A stretch of DNA of 64,000 nt from an uncultured delta proteobacterium (GTDB lineage Bacteria; Desulfobacterota; Binatia; Binatales; Binataceae): positions 1,600,001-1,664,000 of the forward strand of contig CAWJET010000001.1 in assembly GCA_963842085.1 (NCBI GenBank), given 5' to 3'. Position 1 is the stretch's first letter, and each line of letters begins with the position of its first letter. A model generated the notes under the pieces. It saw nothing but the letters and a program-made list of their open reading frames with translations, was not told where the DNA came from and made no database searches. This document shows, piece after piece, positions 62,440 through 64,000 of this stretch. A program made the position numbers and the translations under genes.

Positions 62440-62668
62440 CGCGCCTCCCTTCTTGGGCTCCGCAAGCGCAGCGATCGGTACTTGCGCACTTTGCTCGTTG
62501 ACGGAACCGCTCAGTTTTGTGCAGGGTCGAATAAAGACGCGACCCGCGCAGCATCTGGGGGGGAACACCCGGTTCAAAATCGCGCGCAGATCCAATGTGG
62601 CGGCGGTGGCGAGCAAGGACGCGCCTAGCCTGAACCGTTCCCGCGCGGCGATGACTATCGGCCGGTAG
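62440..62668 (+). mobile_element. IS110-family transposase C-terminal remnant
   Basis: LLGLRKRSDRYLRTLLVDG ... RRSNVAAVA ... RGDDYRP across frames. Confidence 0.7.
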
Positions 62669-62849
62669 TCCCTGCCGACCCACAACCAGGCGTGGCATTT
62701 CGGCGGCTGTCTGGCCCTCTTCGACCTCGCAAATGGATTTTGCAGGCGCGCCAGGCGACATGTTGCTGGTACCGATCGAGCCTACTTTGGTCGTGCCTCA
62801 CGCTGACAATGCAGCAGCACTTCGCCGCCCAAATTGGCTCGTGCCGCGC

Positions 62850-63090
62850 TTAGGGAGCGGTCTCCATCGTGCCCGATGGAAACCTTTTCTGTACCCGGTA
62901 CAGAGAATCGCCGAATCTCATGTCCAGAAACGACGTGACGTTGGGTTGTCCCAGGAACCCCTGCACCTTCTTTTGCACCGATTCTACTGCGGGCGAACTG
63001 GCCGAGCAGGCCGCGCAAGCGAGTGCGCCCGTCATGCCCACCAGCATCGCGCGGACAACTGCATGGGCGCGCGGCGACGGCATCGGTCAC
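62850..63090 (-). pseudogene. Truncated or frameshifted lipoprotein-like gene downstream of the antiterminator
   Basis: Start overlaps the upstream stop; LACAACS lipobox-like segment; early stop. Confidence 0.4.
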
Positions 63091-63611
63091 GAATCTTTGG
63101 CAACCGCCGAGGCCGACAGCACGACGCGCAGCCCGCCCGATTCAACGGCGCTCAGCAGGATCGCCACTCGCTCGGCGCCGGAAAGATAGCGCTGGAAGAT
63201 CGCTTCGAATCCACGGAAGGGGCCTTCGACTACAATCACGCGCTCGCCCGTGCCGAACGGTTTGTCGGGTATTTCGATCACGTCGTTCACGCCGCGGCGG
63301 CGAATCTCCGACACTATCGCCGCCGGCACCGCAAGCGGATCGATTCCCGCCGACACGATAGCGCGCACCCCAGCCATATACTTTACGTCGAAGTACTGCC
63401 GCTGGAGATCGAAGCGCGCGAACACGTAACATGGAAAAAGCGGCGCTATCGACACCGCCATCCGTCCCCATCGCGGCGCCTTCGCCTTGAGCATCGGCAG
63501 AAACACCTCCGGCACCACGTTGGCGAGCTGGTCGCGGACCCATCGCTCCTTACCGATCTTGGTGCGTACGAGGTACCAGTCTGTTTGTGGATTGTCGTTC
63601 ATCGCGGGCAT
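63087..63611 (-). CDS. NusG-paralog transcription antiterminator (RfaH/UpxY-like)
   Basis: WYLVRTK, PLFPCYVFARF, KOW motif GERVIVVEGPFRGFEAIF. Confidence 0.92.
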   Translation of the reverse strand: MPAMNDNPQTDWYLVRTKIGKERWVRDQLANVVPEVFLPMLKAKAPRWGRMAVSIAPLFPCYVFARFDLQRQYFDVKYMAGVRAIVSAGIDPLAVPAAIVSEIRRRGVNDVIEIPDKPFGTGERVIVVEGPFRGFEAIFQRYLSGAERVAILLSAVESGGLRVVLSASAVAKDS

Positions 63612-63748
63612 GGCAGCCGGTGTAAAGAATGGAGGCGAAAAAACTCCTCCCCTACCCTTCCGTTCGAGCCGGCAATGCCCTCATCGTGCCGGAAAAACAA
63701 AGGCGGCTGTAGCATACGCCACAGCCGCCCGATCAGTCCAATCGACTT

Positions 63749-64000
63749 CTAGATTTCGTACGTGAAAGTGAACTCGAGCTCGTTGAAACGCTGCTGGCGG
63801 CTTAGCAGGTACGGATCGGTGTAGCGCCCGCTGCGTCCGATGAACCACTGGGAGTTCAGTCCGAACAGCACGTTTCGTGAATAGCGGTAAACGTTGGTCG
63901 TCGTGAGATCGCCGACGTCGTCGTCGATATCCCACGTGAAAACGTTGGTAGTGGTCAACTGGCCGTTCATCAGCCAGTTCGTTGCCGCAAAGAAAAACAG
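63749..64000 (-). CDS. C-terminus of a probable outer-membrane beta-barrel protein (runs off the window)
   Basis: Alternating beta pattern ending ELEFTFTYEI. Confidence 0.65.
   Translation of the reverse strand: MFFFAATNWLMNGQLTTTNVFTWDIDDDVGDLTTTNVYRYSRNVLFGLNSQWFIGRSGRYTDPYLLSRQQRFNELEFTFTYEI

Noticed and set aside
62733-63752. 339-aa plus-strand ORF
   Set aside because: Antisense shadow of the NusG paralog; Arg/His-rich with no motifs.

Overview
A GC-rich bacterial chromosomal window. Several small-protein styles suggest a Binatota/Acidobacteriota-like soil organism, but that is inference only. 1-40 kb is a large Wzx/Wzy-type exopolysaccharide/glycoconjugate region: a secreted beta-propeller protein with three near-identical repeats, many GT4/GT2 glycosyltransferases, flippase, polymerase/ligase-like protein, Wzc, Wza, a WecA-type fusion, two SAM methyltransferases, a JmjC oxygenase, manC and a truncated manB. 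It is littered with pseudogene and IS fragments. 40.6-51.7 kb is a phage/satellite-like island with no integrase or virion genes in view. It holds a tightly coupled operon (unknown domain X fused to ERF annealase, YqaJ exonuclease, Rep-like/HNH fusion, P-loop helicase-like ATPase, ending in a ~35-bp inverted repeat), a free-standing copy of domain X, an unannotated 50-aa zinc ribbon, a Cro-like gene, a cI-like repressor lacking cleavage residues, an IS5 and two toxin-antitoxin pairs. 52-64 kb holds HTH_17 proteins, two bactofilins, an Sfp-type PPTase, archease, paired apolipoprotein-like helical-repeat genes, a sigma54 promoter and an RfaH/NusG paralog. The best candidate for an undescribed system is the X-ERF/YqaJ/HNH/helicase module. 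No tRNA, rRNA or CRISPR array was seen. All family calls come from reading motifs by eye, not from database searches.
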